64,000 bases of DNA from the IMG/VR virus record IMGVR_UViG_3300013751_000152. One strand, given 5' to 3'. Positions within the stretch are counted from its first letter, which is position 1. Each line of letters starts with the position of its first letter. The notes below the pieces were generated by a model. It had not been told where the DNA came from, did no database searches, and worked only from the letters and a program-made list of their open reading frames with translations. The translations under genes were made by a program, and so were the position numbers. Source of the stretch: a virus. Below, piece after piece: positions 36,658 to 46,302 of the stretch.

Positions 36658-37005
36658 TTACTCTTCATCTGTTAGTGGTAGCTCTTCACTCTTACCCTTT
36701 ATCCTTACATTCTTAATGGGGCGTTCTTCCTCATCATACCCTGTTACCGAATCCTCGTAGCTGTATTCTATACGGGTAGCATGTTTCTTCACATAGTCCT
36801 GTATATCCTCCAATCGTGGAGGAAATATATCAAAGACACTTTTTACCAATTGTTCTAATCCTACAGGATTCCTTGGAGAATCCACATGACAGCCTATAAG
36901 AGAACCTTCGCGGTACAAGCCCACCACATAGGTGTAACTTTTTTTCAGATACGCCCATATAGGCAATAAATCTCGCATACTGTCGAATACATGATACTTT
37001 ATCAT
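36658..37005 (-). CDS. Hypothetical protein
   Basis: 115-aa ORF downstream of primase. Confidence 0.6.
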   Translation of the reverse strand: MIKYHVFDSMRDLLPIWAYLKKSYTYVVGLYREGSLIGCHVDSPRNPVGLEQLVKSVFDIFPPRLEDIQDYVKKHATRIEYSYEDSVTGYDEEERPIKNVRIKGKSEELPLTDEE

Positions 37006-37015
37006 CGCTTTAGTT

Positions 37016-40000
37016 TTAAAAAATGGTATTTTCATTCTCTGTGGAAGCCGCAGGAGCAGCAAAAGGGGAAGCTGTACGAAGGGACTGCACCTCTATCTCT
37101 GCCAATAGCTCCTCACGAATACGTAACTTGCCAATGTCTATCTTCATAGCACTGGTAGGGCTGTTGATGTTGGTATTAATACGAATACTCTTCTCCTCAC
37201 CCATATAGCTGCTATCCTCTCTAAGCTGTCTGCGCATCTCACTTTTGCCAGGCGCCTGCTCTCGGTACTGGACAAACCATTGGCGCTGTACGATACTATA
37301 TACAGTACTGAAGTTAAAGTATATACTCCCGCCCTCAGCCCGTAGGTTCGTATCTACTTGCAGGCGCTCCCCTTGCGTCAGGCGCATGCACACCATAAAG
37401 CAATCCCAAAACCGCTGATATACCGAATCGCTCTCTATCTTACGCCTTTGGTTCTCTATAAGGGAATCAAAGTGCCGCTCCATATCCTCCTGCCAAAAGG
37501 GAAAAATCCCCTCCCGCTCGAAGATCCCATACACGGCGTACAATACCGCAAGGTTATCTATCATTCGCACAGGCACCCCCTTGATCGCCTCCCGCTCACT
37601 TAGCAGCCGCTTTTTTTCTCGATAGACTTCCAAGAAATGCTCTTGGAAGACTGCCCGCTTGTGTAGCAGCCAGTCCGAGATCCCCGACACCCCGCGCCTG
37701 CACATGTCTTTGAGCTTGTTATAGGAAGCCTTTGCCTCATCGCTGAACTCTTGCGTTTTCATTTCCTCCCAGATAAGGCGGGTAATAAGTGCCTCTGCAT
37801 CGGGGCTGTCATTCCCAGTAAGCAGCGTGGAGGAGATAATCGGCACTTCATCCACCGCAACCTTACTCTCTATACTCCCACGCTTGTACCCACGCCTATC
37901 CCACAAACCCTTGATGATCCCATCCACTTGCGGATTGCCACGCTTGTACTCCGACAGCTGCGAAATCCCATTGCTGAACTGGGCAAACTCTCGGATCTGA
38001 GCCTTAATCGTCGAGGCCGACCCCTCCAGCTGTATGGCCGTCTGTGGTTGCCCGACAAACGATTGGATCGCCTCGCATATATTATCCTTACCCGTCGAAG
38101 CAGGGCCAAAGTAAAACAGAATCGGGAAAAAACCCGTACAACTCACCACGATGTCCTGAAATAGCGAACCAATCCCAAAGAGGATCCCCGTAATGGCATG
38201 CCCCCTATGTACCTTGTACAGCTGCTTGAGGTATTGGGGCAAACTCACCTCCGTGGGAATGCTCCTAAACTTCTTCTGCGCCCCATACTTGTACATGTTT
38301 TTTTCAAAGTTCTTGTTAGCCGAAGGAATGTAGTAGCTGTCTTGCTGATACTTAAAAAGCCCCTCCGAGTTGATCGCCTCTTCTCGCAATCCTGGGATAA
38401 CGATTTTGTTATTCCATACCCAAAAGCCCTCCGCCTGCCAGCCCAGCACGTCTATCTTGCGCCCCGTACCCATACGGTCAAAGAGGTACCGCAACAAGCG
38501 TTCATGCTGCGCTGCTGACCCCGAAAACGAGAAGTTACCATACGAGGTCACCACATTCTTGAACGTGTTAAGGGTATTGATTTTTTCCGACAATACGTCA
38601 AAGATCTTCTCCACCCCATGCACATTACAGATACGGATCAGCTTCATAGGAAACTGCTCGTCCTGCATGTGCTGTATGATTTCTATCGAAAAGTTGGAAA
38701 CATCATAGAACGCACTCCCCGTATTACAATAGATACGATTCGCATGCTGAAATACCCCATATTCCAGTATCTCTTTTTTATACACACTCGGATCCTCCAC
38801 CTCTTTCGGAAACTGGTAATCCTCCAAAGGGTCTACATCTCCCGAAAAGCCAGAAAAGTTAAAACGAGGTGTCTCAAGGTATGTCTTTTCCTCCTTCGGC
38901 TTCTCTATGGCAACCTTAATCCCAAAGCGCGCTTTTACCTGCTCCATATAGGCATCACGGGTCACCACATCGGGGATTTTCCCGATAAGCTCCAGGGCAA
39001 GGTCACTAAGCCGCTTCTTATCCTCAGGCATAAGGATTACCTTTTTCCCCTTGGTTTCAGCACGGTCAATGGCTTCCTCATACGCCCCTTGCAAATAGTG
39101 TAGCACCGCATCACACCTTGCCGCCTCTATCAGCGCCACAGCACCCTCCCGCTGACCTATACTGTCGGGATCCTCTTTGTGCTCGGAGGGAAATACTACC
39201 CGCTCGACAAACAAGCCCGCTTCCAGCGCCAACCCCATGTCTCTATAAGCAGCCGTCGCCCCTGCATTGTCACTGTCTCGGAATATGATGAGCTTCTTAC
39301 ATAGCTTCTTGATTTCGGCAAGGTGCTGCGCGCTGAGCGCTGTCCCAAGGGTAGCCACACAGTTACGCAACCCTATCTGATGCATCCGCATCACATCCGT
39401 ATAACCCTCTACCAAATACACCTCCCCGCGCTGTGCCATGCTATTACGCGCCAAGTGGAAGCCGTACAAAAGCTCCGACTTGTGGAACACCTCACTCTCT
39501 GGGCTGTTCAAGTACTTAGGCGCGCCCTCTTTCGCTTCCGAAGGCATCACACGCCCGCCAAATCCCACACAATGCCCATGCTTGTCCGAGATGGGGAAGA
39601 TAATACGCCCCTTAAAGAAATCGTAATACCCCCCGTTCTGATACGCTTTAAGCACCCCAAGGGTTACCCCTTCACTCACCTGCCCGCGTTCCTTCAAGAC
39701 TTCATACATCCCCGCCAAGGCATACCCAATCTCAAAATCCGACAAAATCTCATCCGAAAACCCCCGCTCCTGCATATACTTTTGAGCAAGGGACAACTTT
39801 GGCAAATTTTCTTTATAATTTTCTTTGACAAAGGCAATAATTTCCCCAAGGCTTTTTTTCTCTTGGCGTTTGGCCTTCTGTGCTTCGGTTTCTTTTTCGT
39901 ACTCAATGGGAATATTCAGCACCTCACAAGCCAGTTTCACCGCTTCTGGGAAGTCCATACCCTTATAGGCTTGGACAAACTCTATAACAGACTTTCCGCC

Positions 40001-40204
40001 GCGGCCGCTGGCAAAGTCCTTCCATATCCCCTTCACGTTGGACACCACAAAGCTCGGCGTACGTTCATTGGTAAAAGGAGACAGCCCCTTAGCGGTGCCA
40101 TTGGATAGGATTTTATAGGAAGGATCGTGATATATACGGCCTATGGCTTCACACAAGTCACATTCGTATATCTTATCTATGATTTCATTTTTAATATAGG
40201 GCAT
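37016..40204 (-). CDS. DnaG-type primase fused to P-loop helicase-like domain
   Basis: Degenerate Zn-finger (SPFTNERTPSF), GFGGR, KYLNSPES, TOPRIM VEGYTD/DSDNAG, Walker A GPASTGKD. Confidence 0.9.
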   Translation of the reverse strand: MPYIKNEIIDKIYECDLCEAIGRIYHDPSYKILSNGTAKGLSPFTNERTPSFVVSNVKGIWKDFASGRGGKSVIEFVQAYKGMDFPEAVKLACEVLNIPIEYEKETEAQKAKRQEKKSLGEIIAFVKENYKENLPKLSLAQKYMQERGFSDEILSDFEIGYALAGMYEVLKERGQVSEGVTLGVLKAYQNGGYYDFFKGRIIFPISDKHGHCVGFGGRVMPSEAKEGAPKYLNSPESEVFHKSELLYGFHLARNSMAQRGEVYLVEGYTDVMRMHQIGLRNCVATLGTALSAQHLAEIKKLCKKLIIFRDSDNAGATAAYRDMGLALEAGLFVERVVFPSEHKEDPDSIGQREGAVALIEAARCDAVLHYLQGAYEEAIDRAETKGKKVILMPEDKKRLSDLALELIGKIPDVVTRDAYMEQVKARFGIKVAIEKPKEEKTYLETPRFNFSGFSGDVDPLEDYQFPKEVEDPSVYKKEILEYGVFQHANRIYCNTGSAFYDVSNFSIEIIQHMQDEQFPMKLIRICNVHGVEKIFDVLSEKINTLNTFKNVVTSYGNFSFSGSAAQHERLLRYLFDRMGTGRKIDVLGWQAEGFWVWNNKIVIPGLREEAINSEGLFKYQQDSYYIPSANKNFEKNMYKYGAQKKFRSIPTEVSLPQYLKQLYKVHRGHAITGILFGIGSLFQDIVVSCTGFFPILFYFGPASTGKDNICEAIQSFVGQPQTAIQLEGSASTIKAQIREFAQFSNGISQLSEYKRGNPQVDGIIKGLWDRRGYKRGSIESKVAVDEVPIISSTLLTGNDSPDAEALITRLIWEEMKTQEFSDEAKASYNKLKDMCRRGVSGISDWLLHKRAVFQEHFLEVYREKKRLLSEREAIKGVPVRMIDNLAVLYAVYGIFEREGIFPFWQEDMERHFDSLIENQRRKIESDSVYQRFWDCFMVCMRLTQGERLQVDTNLRAEGGSIYFNFSTVYSIVQRQWFVQYREQAPGKSEMRRQLREDSSYMGEEKSIRINTNINSPTSAMKIDIGKLRIREELLAEIEVQSLRTASPFAAPAASTENENTIF

Positions 40205-40270
40205 TGCTTACATTTTAGAGAATAGGGTAATAAATAGATTTTGATTAGTCACTCTTCATTCTTCACTTAC

Positions 40271-40528
40271 TTAGGGAAACATCTCCTCTTCCATTTCCTT
40301 ACGGATTTGCTCCATGTCAGCAGGGTAGGAGATACAGATCACGCCCTGCTTGCCTAAAAAGTCCATCCGCCAATCCGCCACGGGGATAATCTCCCGCAGT
40401 TGGCCAATCTTTTTAAAATCGGCAAAGGCAACAATATATTGTACATCCCCCTCGTATATTCGGAGGATCACCCCTTGTACGCCAAAAAGCGCCTCTATTT
40501 CCTGCTTGATAATAGTATATGCTTTCAT
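40271..40528 (-). CDS. Hypothetical protein
   Basis: 85-aa ORF. Confidence 0.6.
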   Translation of the reverse strand: MKAYTIIKQEIEALFGVQGVILRIYEGDVQYIVAFADFKKIGQLREIIPVADWRMDFLGKQGVICISYPADMEQIRKEMEEEMFP

Positions 40529-40534
40529 AATTTT

Positions 40535-40750
40535 TTACTTAACAATAATTCCTATAATAACCAGTAGTACCTCTTTGCTAAAAAGTACCTCCAGTCTCTC
40601 CACGATCTCTACATCGTCCCACACTTTCGGTTTCCGCTTTTTGCGAGTGCGGCGCTTGGGAGTCATCTCTTTCTCTAAGAGCTTAATGAATCGTTCCTTT
40701 TCCTCCTCGCTAAGCTCCCTGAACACTATCAGTACAGTCTCGGCTGTCAT
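40535..40750 (-). CDS. Hypothetical protein
   Basis: 71 aa from MTAETVL. Confidence 0.55.
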   Translation of the reverse strand: MTAETVLIVFRELSEEEKERFIKLLEKEMTPKRRTRKKRKPKVWDDVEIVERLEVLFSKEVLLVIIGIIVK

Positions 40751-40955
40751 TTTCTTCGTCTTTTGCGTAGATATCCTCCTCTGAAAGTCCATATTCCTTA
40801 TACACTTTCATACAAGCAGCCAATAACAATAATTTAGAATTACGCTTGGCGCGGGTGATAATAGCATACTGGCTTACTTTCAGCTCTTTAGCTATGTCCA
40901 ACGAAAAATCATTGTCCGTTTTAATTTTTTCGATAAGTTTCTTTGATGGATTCAT
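40710..40955 (-). CDS. Cro-like HTH regulator
   Basis: DIAKELKVSQYAI; divergent from repressor. Confidence 0.65.
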   Translation of the reverse strand: MNPSKKLIEKIKTDNDFSLDIAKELKVSQYAIITRAKRNSKLLLLAACMKVYKEYGLSEEDIYAKDEENDSRDCTDSVQGA

Positions 40956-41055
40956 TTTTTTTCTTATATTTGGCGTTGTCAAATCGTCTTTAATTCGACG
41001 ACAAAGGTATGAACTTATTTTCAAATAAAAAAGAAATTTATAAACTTTTTTTCAA

Positions 41056-41505
41056 ATGACTACAACTATACAAGAACGGATTTTACAATACCTTGAATAT
41101 AAAAAGGTTACGCCTTACAAATTTTGTAAAGATTTAGAGTTTCCAATGGGGTCATTGAACAAAAGAGGATCCATAGGAACCGATAAATATTTGAAAATTA
41201 TAAAATACTACAGGGACTTAAACCCCGAATGGTTATTGTCGGGCGAAGGAACTATGCTCAAAGATGAGCAGGCGCCTCAAGCAAATACCCCCGATGATAA
41301 ATACCTTTTGTTATTGGAAGAGCATAACAAAACCCTCAAGGATCAGTTAAAGGATAAGGAGGCAATCATCAAGGAAAAGGAGGAAAAGGAGGCTTTGTAT
41401 AAGGAAAAAATTAAGGACTTACAACAGCAGGTGCAGGCAAATACAATATACCAATCGGGTGCCCCTACTGCCAGTTATTCCTTATCAACGCCCCCAGCAC
41501 CTTAG
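41056..41505 (+). CDS. CI-like repressor of element 1
   Basis: IQERILQYLEYK...LNPEWLLSGEGTML; candidate operators ATGAACTTATTTTCAAAT and ATAAACTTTTTTTCAAAT at ~41009-41057. Confidence 0.85.
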   Translation: MTTTIQERILQYLEYKKVTPYKFCKDLEFPMGSLNKRGSIGTDKYLKIIKYYRDLNPEWLLSGEGTMLKDEQAPQANTPDDKYLLLLEEHNKTLKDQLKDKEAIIKEKEEKEALYKEKIKDLQQQVQANTIYQSGAPTASYSLSTPPAP

Positions 41506-41826
41506 TATCCTACAGCAGCTACTCTGTAAGGAATGTTTTACTTATACTCTTGCTTTTATGAAGAGTACCAGCTAAATTGAAAGGGCAAGACTCCTTATTT
41601 ATATTCCAGGGAATAAGAGAGTATCTGCCAGCCAGTGATAAATCTTGTGTGGTTGCTTTTAGAAAATATGAATATTTTTAACAAAAAAATATTTAGTAAT
41701 ATATTGTAAATCAAATATATACATAAAAAATAAGAATACGATAACCGAATACAAATCACTCTTTTTTAACTTTGTAAGTGATTGATTTTTAATGTGAAAG
41801 GAAAAAGAAATTTATTCATTTTCAGT

Positions 41827-41870
41827 TCATAACCCAAAGGTCACGGGTTCAAATCCCGTCTTCGCTACTA
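41827..41870 (+). other. att site: 3' half of an initiator-type tRNA-Met (not a full tRNA)
   Basis: TCATAACCCAAAGGTCACGGGTTCAAATCCCGTCTTCGCTACTA has CAT anticodon, T-arm and acceptor 3' strand; 5' half absent. Confidence 0.88.
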
Positions 41871-41972
41871 AATAAGCGTAATTAATTGTTTTCCAATTAA
41901 TTACGCTTAAATTCTTTAAAATTAAGTTCCAAATATGTTCCGCTTCTTTGTGGGAGCTGGGCATATAAAAAA

Positions 41973-43130
41973 ATGGACAACAAAAACAAAAGTACTTCTA
42001 AGAGAATAGTTTTTGTGGATTACAAGCCCGCAGAACTAAGAGCTAACAAAGTGTGGTATATCGAGTATTATGCCAAAAATCCCCTTACTGAAAAATTAGA
42101 AAGATTTAAAAAGCGAGTGCCCTCGATGAAGTCGCAACGAGAGCGGGAGAAATACGCTAAAAAGATGGTGCAGGCTATTAATCAGAAGTTAGAGACTGGT
42201 TGGTCGCCTTTCTATGAAAATCCAAGCAACCAATATAAATCTTTAGAAGATAGTTTTTCTTTATTCCTCAAGCAGTTAGAAAAAGAAGTAAAAGACGGCA
42301 TAAAACGCCCTGACACTTTGCGCTCGTGGAAGTCTTTTTTTAGTAATATCAGTGCCTATATAAATGAAAAACATTTAGATATAAAGTTCGTCCTAAATAT
42401 AGATTTCCTATTTGTAAATAATTTCCTTGATTATATCTATTACGATAAGAGAAATAGCCCACGAACCTATAATAACTACCTCGCCTATATGAAAGGCTTT
42501 TTTGAGTGGGCAAAGCTCAAAGGATATGCCAAGCAAAACCCAGCAGAGGGCATAAAATCAAAGCCAAAAGTACAAAAAAAGCGTGAGCCCCTCACAGCAG
42601 AAGTAAAGAAATGTATTAAGGAGCTAAGAGATAAAGATTTTCATTTCTTTACCTGTTGTATGCTGACTTACTTTTGCCTTATACGTCGTACCGAACTAAC
42701 GAAATTAAAAGTCAGTGATGTACGCCTTTCTGAAAGCCGTATTATATTGGACGGCTCAATTACCAAAAACCGCAAAACTGATAGTGTAACTATTCCTGAC
42801 GTATTCCTACCTATCCTGACGCAACACTTGGCAACAGCCAATAATAGTGATTACCTTTTTGGCAAGGACTTTAAACCTAGTAAGGTACAGCTTAATCCTA
42901 AGAAGATTTCAGATACTTGGATAAAGTACCGTAAGAAATACAAGTTTGACAGTAAATTTCAGTTTTATTCTCTCAAGGATACAGGGATAATGGATTTGCT
43001 CAATAGTGGTATTCCCTCGATAAAAGTTCGAGACCAGGCACGCCACTATGATATAAAACAAACCGAAGCCTACACCACCCGAAACCTAATTGCAGATGAT
43101 ACAATTAAGGGGGCAAAGTTTGATTTTTAA
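41973..43130 (+). CDS. int: Tyrosine integrase of element 2
   Basis: IRRTEL, TKNRK, YSLKDT, QARH, TEAY catalytic motifs; follows att. Confidence 0.93.
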   Translation: MDNKNKSTSKRIVFVDYKPAELRANKVWYIEYYAKNPLTEKLERFKKRVPSMKSQREREKYAKKMVQAINQKLETGWSPFYENPSNQYKSLEDSFSLFLKQLEKEVKDGIKRPDTLRSWKSFFSNISAYINEKHLDIKFVLNIDFLFVNNFLDYIYYDKRNSPRTYNNYLAYMKGFFEWAKLKGYAKQNPAEGIKSKPKVQKKREPLTAEVKKCIKELRDKDFHFFTCCMLTYFCLIRRTELTKLKVSDVRLSESRIILDGSITKNRKTDSVTIPDVFLPILTQHLATANNSDYLFGKDFKPSKVQLNPKKISDTWIKYRKKYKFDSKFQFYSLKDTGIMDLLNSGIPSIKVRDQARHYDIKQTEAYTTRNLIADDTIKGAKFDF

Positions 43131-43214
43131 GCTGATTAACATAAAAGTTAATTTTAACATTTACGGTGTACGTGTGTGCGTGTTTGTGTGTGTGAGCTCT
43201 CCAGAGTGGGTATT

Positions 43215-43372
43215 TTTTTGTATCGTTTGTACCGTTAGGCTTTTTTTCGTTTTATATAATTAAAAATCAATTGTTTATGTTCTGTACAAACGCCGATACA
43301 AACCGAAAAACACGAAAAATTTTTGTACCGCAACCCTCTAATTTTTGTACCGCCAGCTGTTTTTTGTACCGT
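43215..43372. repeat. TTTGTACCG iteron cluster (element 2, left)
   Basis: Several direct copies plus inverted GTACAAA. Confidence 0.7.
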
Positions 43373-43692
43373 TTTTCCTCAAAATGCGACTTTTTCGTAT
43401 AGGAACAAAAAGTCTATTTGTTATAAAATATTTAATGAATGTTAATTATAAAAAGGCTCAAAAACGAAAATTTTCGTTTTTATAGGATATAAAAAAGGTT
43501 GTAACATCATTGTTACAACCTGTATTTATGGCTTTCGGAAAGTCTTAGGTTTCCTTATTGCAAAGGTACAATTTTTATACTATCCCACAAGTGAGAAAAA
43601 GGAATAAAAACACCAACCGAAAATATAATAACGAGTTTCGGTATATTGTAGCTCTCCAGCCATGTCTAAGTGGTAAAATATCTTTGTTCTCA

Positions 43693-43956
43693 TCATTTAG
43701 TTTTTAAAGGTACAACACAAAATTCACCACCTGCTAAGGCGTTTAGAAGGTCTTCCTTGGAAGGGAAAAGCTCTTTTTCATCAACATTAAAGGCTGAAAA
43801 AAACTTATCTCTAACCAAATAACGAGTTTCAAAATGATATTCAGTTCCTCGTTCACTTACTGTTAGGTATATTTCCTTTATATCAACTTCTTCTATTACT
43901 CCCAACTGTGCTAAAAACACACGTTGTCCTACAAAATATAATGTTCTCAAGTCCAT
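43693..43956 (-). CDS. Small hypothetical protein (paralog-like to 43961-44233)
   Basis: YFVGQRVF...LFPSKEDLLNAL vs FNIGDYVY...VFESKEELIDTL. Confidence 0.7.
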   Translation of the reverse strand: MDLRTLYFVGQRVFLAQLGVIEEVDIKEIYLTVSERGTEYHFETRYLVRDKFFSAFNVDEKELFPSKEDLLNALAGGEFCVVPLKTK

Positions 43957-43960
43957 AGCT

Positions 43961-44233
43961 TTATAATTTTTTGTTAGACATTCCTTTAAAAAGTGTATCT
44001 ATTAGTTCCTCTTTGCTCTCAAAGACAAAGCATTGTGGAATATCCTCTTTTTCAAAAAGTAGACTATAATACACACCATACTTTTCAGGCTCTTTGTGCT
44101 TATCCTGCTTCACGCCTGATATATCGTGCGCTTTGTCCGTAATCGTAATATGAATTATTTCACTTTTTATAATTCCTGAAGGGGTCAGATAATATACATA
44201 ATCCCCAATATTAAAACGTGTGCTGACTTCCAT
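43961..44233 (-). CDS. Small hypothetical protein
   Basis: 90-aa ORF, TAAAGCTATG coupling. Confidence 0.7.
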   Translation of the reverse strand: MEVSTRFNIGDYVYYLTPSGIIKSEIIHITITDKAHDISGVKQDKHKEPEKYGVYYSLLFEKEDIPQCFVFESKEELIDTLFKGMSNKKL

Positions 44234-44237
44234 AGCT

Positions 44238-44567
44238 TTACAATTTTTGATTAGCTGAAAAGGAATTAATTACTTCTTTCAAAATACCCTTGTTAGTGGC
44301 TATTTGTATAAGGAGCTCCCTCTTTTGGCATAGGAGGGAAAAAAGGTGATAGGTTTCAAAAATTTGGTCGCAATCTATGCCGAATTTTGATAGAAAAAAA
44401 TGATTTTGGCAGTAGAAATTAAACAATTCGTTTAATGCTCTTTGGTGTCCGTCCTCAAGAGGAGAAAAAAGAAATTCGTGAATGCATACCTGTTCGTTAG
44501 AATGGTCTAACTCGTTTTTCTCTCTTAGCTGGGCAATTTCCGATGAACTGATAAATACTTCTTTCAT
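44238..44567 (-). CDS. Hypothetical protein
   Basis: 109-aa ORF. Confidence 0.65.
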   Translation of the reverse strand: MKEVFISSSEIAQLREKNELDHSNEQVCIHEFLFSPLEDGHQRALNELFNFYCQNHFFLSKFGIDCDQIFETYHLFSLLCQKRELLIQIATNKGILKEVINSFSANQKL

Positions 44568-44572
44568 AGCTA

Positions 44573-44851
44573 CTAATTTTCTAAGGTTAAATAAGGGTCA
44601 ATGACTTCTGCGAAGGTATTAAGGTTAGGAATTGTTTCTTCTAACTCTTCGTAGATTTCCTCTGGGTATTTCAGTAGGATAAGGGCTATTTCGTAATTGA
44701 GTTTTCGTAGCATTTTGGCGAATGCCTTAGTACTAATTTCCTTAGAAAAGAAAGCATTTACGGCTTCCACATCAAAGCAGTAGGAGTTGTGAGAAGTGTT
44801 ACAGGCATTACTGTTATTCGTGCCTGTGGTTGTTTGTCCTTGTGTTTGCAT
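44573..44851 (-). CDS. RNA-controlled first gene of element 2 operon (start MQTQG)
   Basis: 92 aa; first codons complementary to RNA copy A4. Confidence 0.7.
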   Translation of the reverse strand: MQTQGQTTTGTNNSNACNTSHNSYCFDVEAVNAFFSKEISTKAFAKMLRKLNYEIALILLKYPEEIYEELEETIPNLNTFAEVIDPYLTLEN

Positions 44852-44864
44852 ATAGGTACAAAAA

Positions 44865-44944
44865 ATCCGTGAGTGGGTGTTGCAAACACAAGGGCTTACG
44901 CTCATTGCTGTATAGCATTACTACTATACTACACCTTCACGGAT
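44865..44944 (-). ncRNA. Structured antisense RNA copy A4
   Basis: Scaffold nearly identical to A3; guide complementary to 44838-44850 and 44984-44997; promoter at 45002-45009. Confidence 0.8.
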
Positions 44945-45180
44945 ATATTATTAAATATTTAGTCGCAACTTTAAACAAGTGTTGCCCTTGTGTTTGCGTT
45001 GCAAAGGTACAACTATTTTCCGAACTACAAAATATTTTTAGAAGAAAAACAAAATTATTTCTTTATATAATTGGTATTCAATATATTGCAATTGGTAAAA
45101 TACGCTTCAATTATCCAAAAACGAATAATTAATGCCTATCAACAGTCATTGCAAGGCATAAAAAATAGCCCTCAGAAGGG

Positions 45181-45627
45181 CTATTTTTGTTTTTTGTAGG
45201 TTCGTTTTTTAAGTTCTTGGGTACTTATGCAAATATCGTAGCCTTTTTCCTTTAGACCCTTGGAAAGCACATTATCACACGTCCATATTTTATGCCCTTG
45301 TTCTAAGTGGAGCGCTACGAAAGGGTAGTCGTCGGGGTCTATATCCTTTACAATTTTCTGAGCCTTATTGATATGCTTTTGAGGAATATCCTCAACCTTG
45401 TAAAAGGTAATGTTCTTGGTGAATTCCTTGAGCAATGCTCGTGCCTGTCTCTTGGTCAAATCGTTATCCTCCATAATATCGGGCAAATGCTCTTCTACCT
45501 CTTGCAAAAGATAGTCAGGGGCTATAAATTGCAGGGGCTTTTTCTCATTCTTTAGGATAGTGGCAATTACTCCGTTAGGCTTATAAAAGCAACTATATAT
45601 GATGTTGGTGTCAGAAATAACTATCAT
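45181..45627 (-). CDS. PIN-domain (VapC-like) toxin
   Basis: VISDTNII, DPDDYPFVAL, IWTCD acidic PIN motifs. Confidence 0.88.
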   Translation of the reverse strand: MIVISDTNIIYSCFYKPNGVIATILKNEKKPLQFIAPDYLLQEVEEHLPDIMEDNDLTKRQARALLKEFTKNITFYKVEDIPQKHINKAQKIVKDIDPDDYPFVALHLEQGHKIWTCDNVLSKGLKEKGYDICISTQELKKRTYKKQK

Positions 45628-45630
45628 TAC

Positions 45631-45930
45631 CTATTTCTTTTTTCGTTCGGCTTCTCTTCGTGCTATAGCTTCGTCCCAACGCTTGGCGATAGCTTTGTTT
45701 GTCTTCTTAGATAGTGCCATAATCTTTTCTCGGTACTTTATAGGTATTCCGTCTTCGTCCTCTTCTAAATCATCATAGGCAGGTTTTGCAAGGGCTGTTT
45801 TAGTCTTTGCTTTGGCGGGTGCTTTCTTAGCTGTTGTATTCGTTACCTTGACAAAATCAAGGCTTTTTAAGAAGCGTACAAGGTTCTCAGCTTGTGTGCT
45901 GTTGCTATCTATTGTGATTGTATAAGCCAT
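45631..45930 (-). CDS. Putative antitoxin
   Basis: 99 aa directly upstream of PIN gene; FLKSLDFVKV motif; own promoter at ~45949. Confidence 0.7.
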   Translation of the reverse strand: MAYTITIDSNSTQAENLVRFLKSLDFVKVTNTTAKKAPAKAKTKTALAKPAYDDLEEDEDGIPIKYREKIMALSKKTNKAIAKRWDEAIARREAERKKK

Positions 45931-46302
45931 AAATATTTATTTTGGGTACAAAGGTACAAATTTTATACCAAAGTGAAACAGCTATTTAGGAATAGTTATT
46001 TATGAATATTTATCTATTGTAGGAAATAAAAAGCCCCTGGTATCAGGAGCTTACTATAAAATTAAAATTTAGTTGTGTTTGCGAGAAAGTGAGAAAGGCT
46101 TTTTGCCTAAGAAAGCACAAAGATACATATAATTTTCGGTATAAGCAACAGGTAAAAATAGCTGTTTGCAATAGTGATTAATAGCTATTGGTAATAGTTA
46201 TTGCAATAGGCGTTTATATATCTTTTTCAAAAAAAACAACGGCATATTTTGCGCTAATATACCGTTGTCAAGGTAGCTAATGGATTATAAGCTAAATCGT
46301 AT

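Larger units (their letters stand above)
1..41870 (-). mobile_element. Temperate tailed prophage (element 1), left end outside window
   Basis: Co-oriented portal, terminase, tail, tape measure, capsid, protease, lysis, primase and cro/cI genes, ending at a tRNA-Met 3' fragment. Confidence 0.93.

Noticed and set aside
39323..40108. 261-aa + strand ORF (likewise 633-1388 and the ORFs opposite the tape measure gene)
   Set aside because: Antisense shadows of well-supported minus-strand genes with no recognisable motifs
41800..41870. Intact tRNA-Met gene
   Set aside because: D-arm and 5' acceptor strand are missing; only the 3' half is present, so it is treated as an att site
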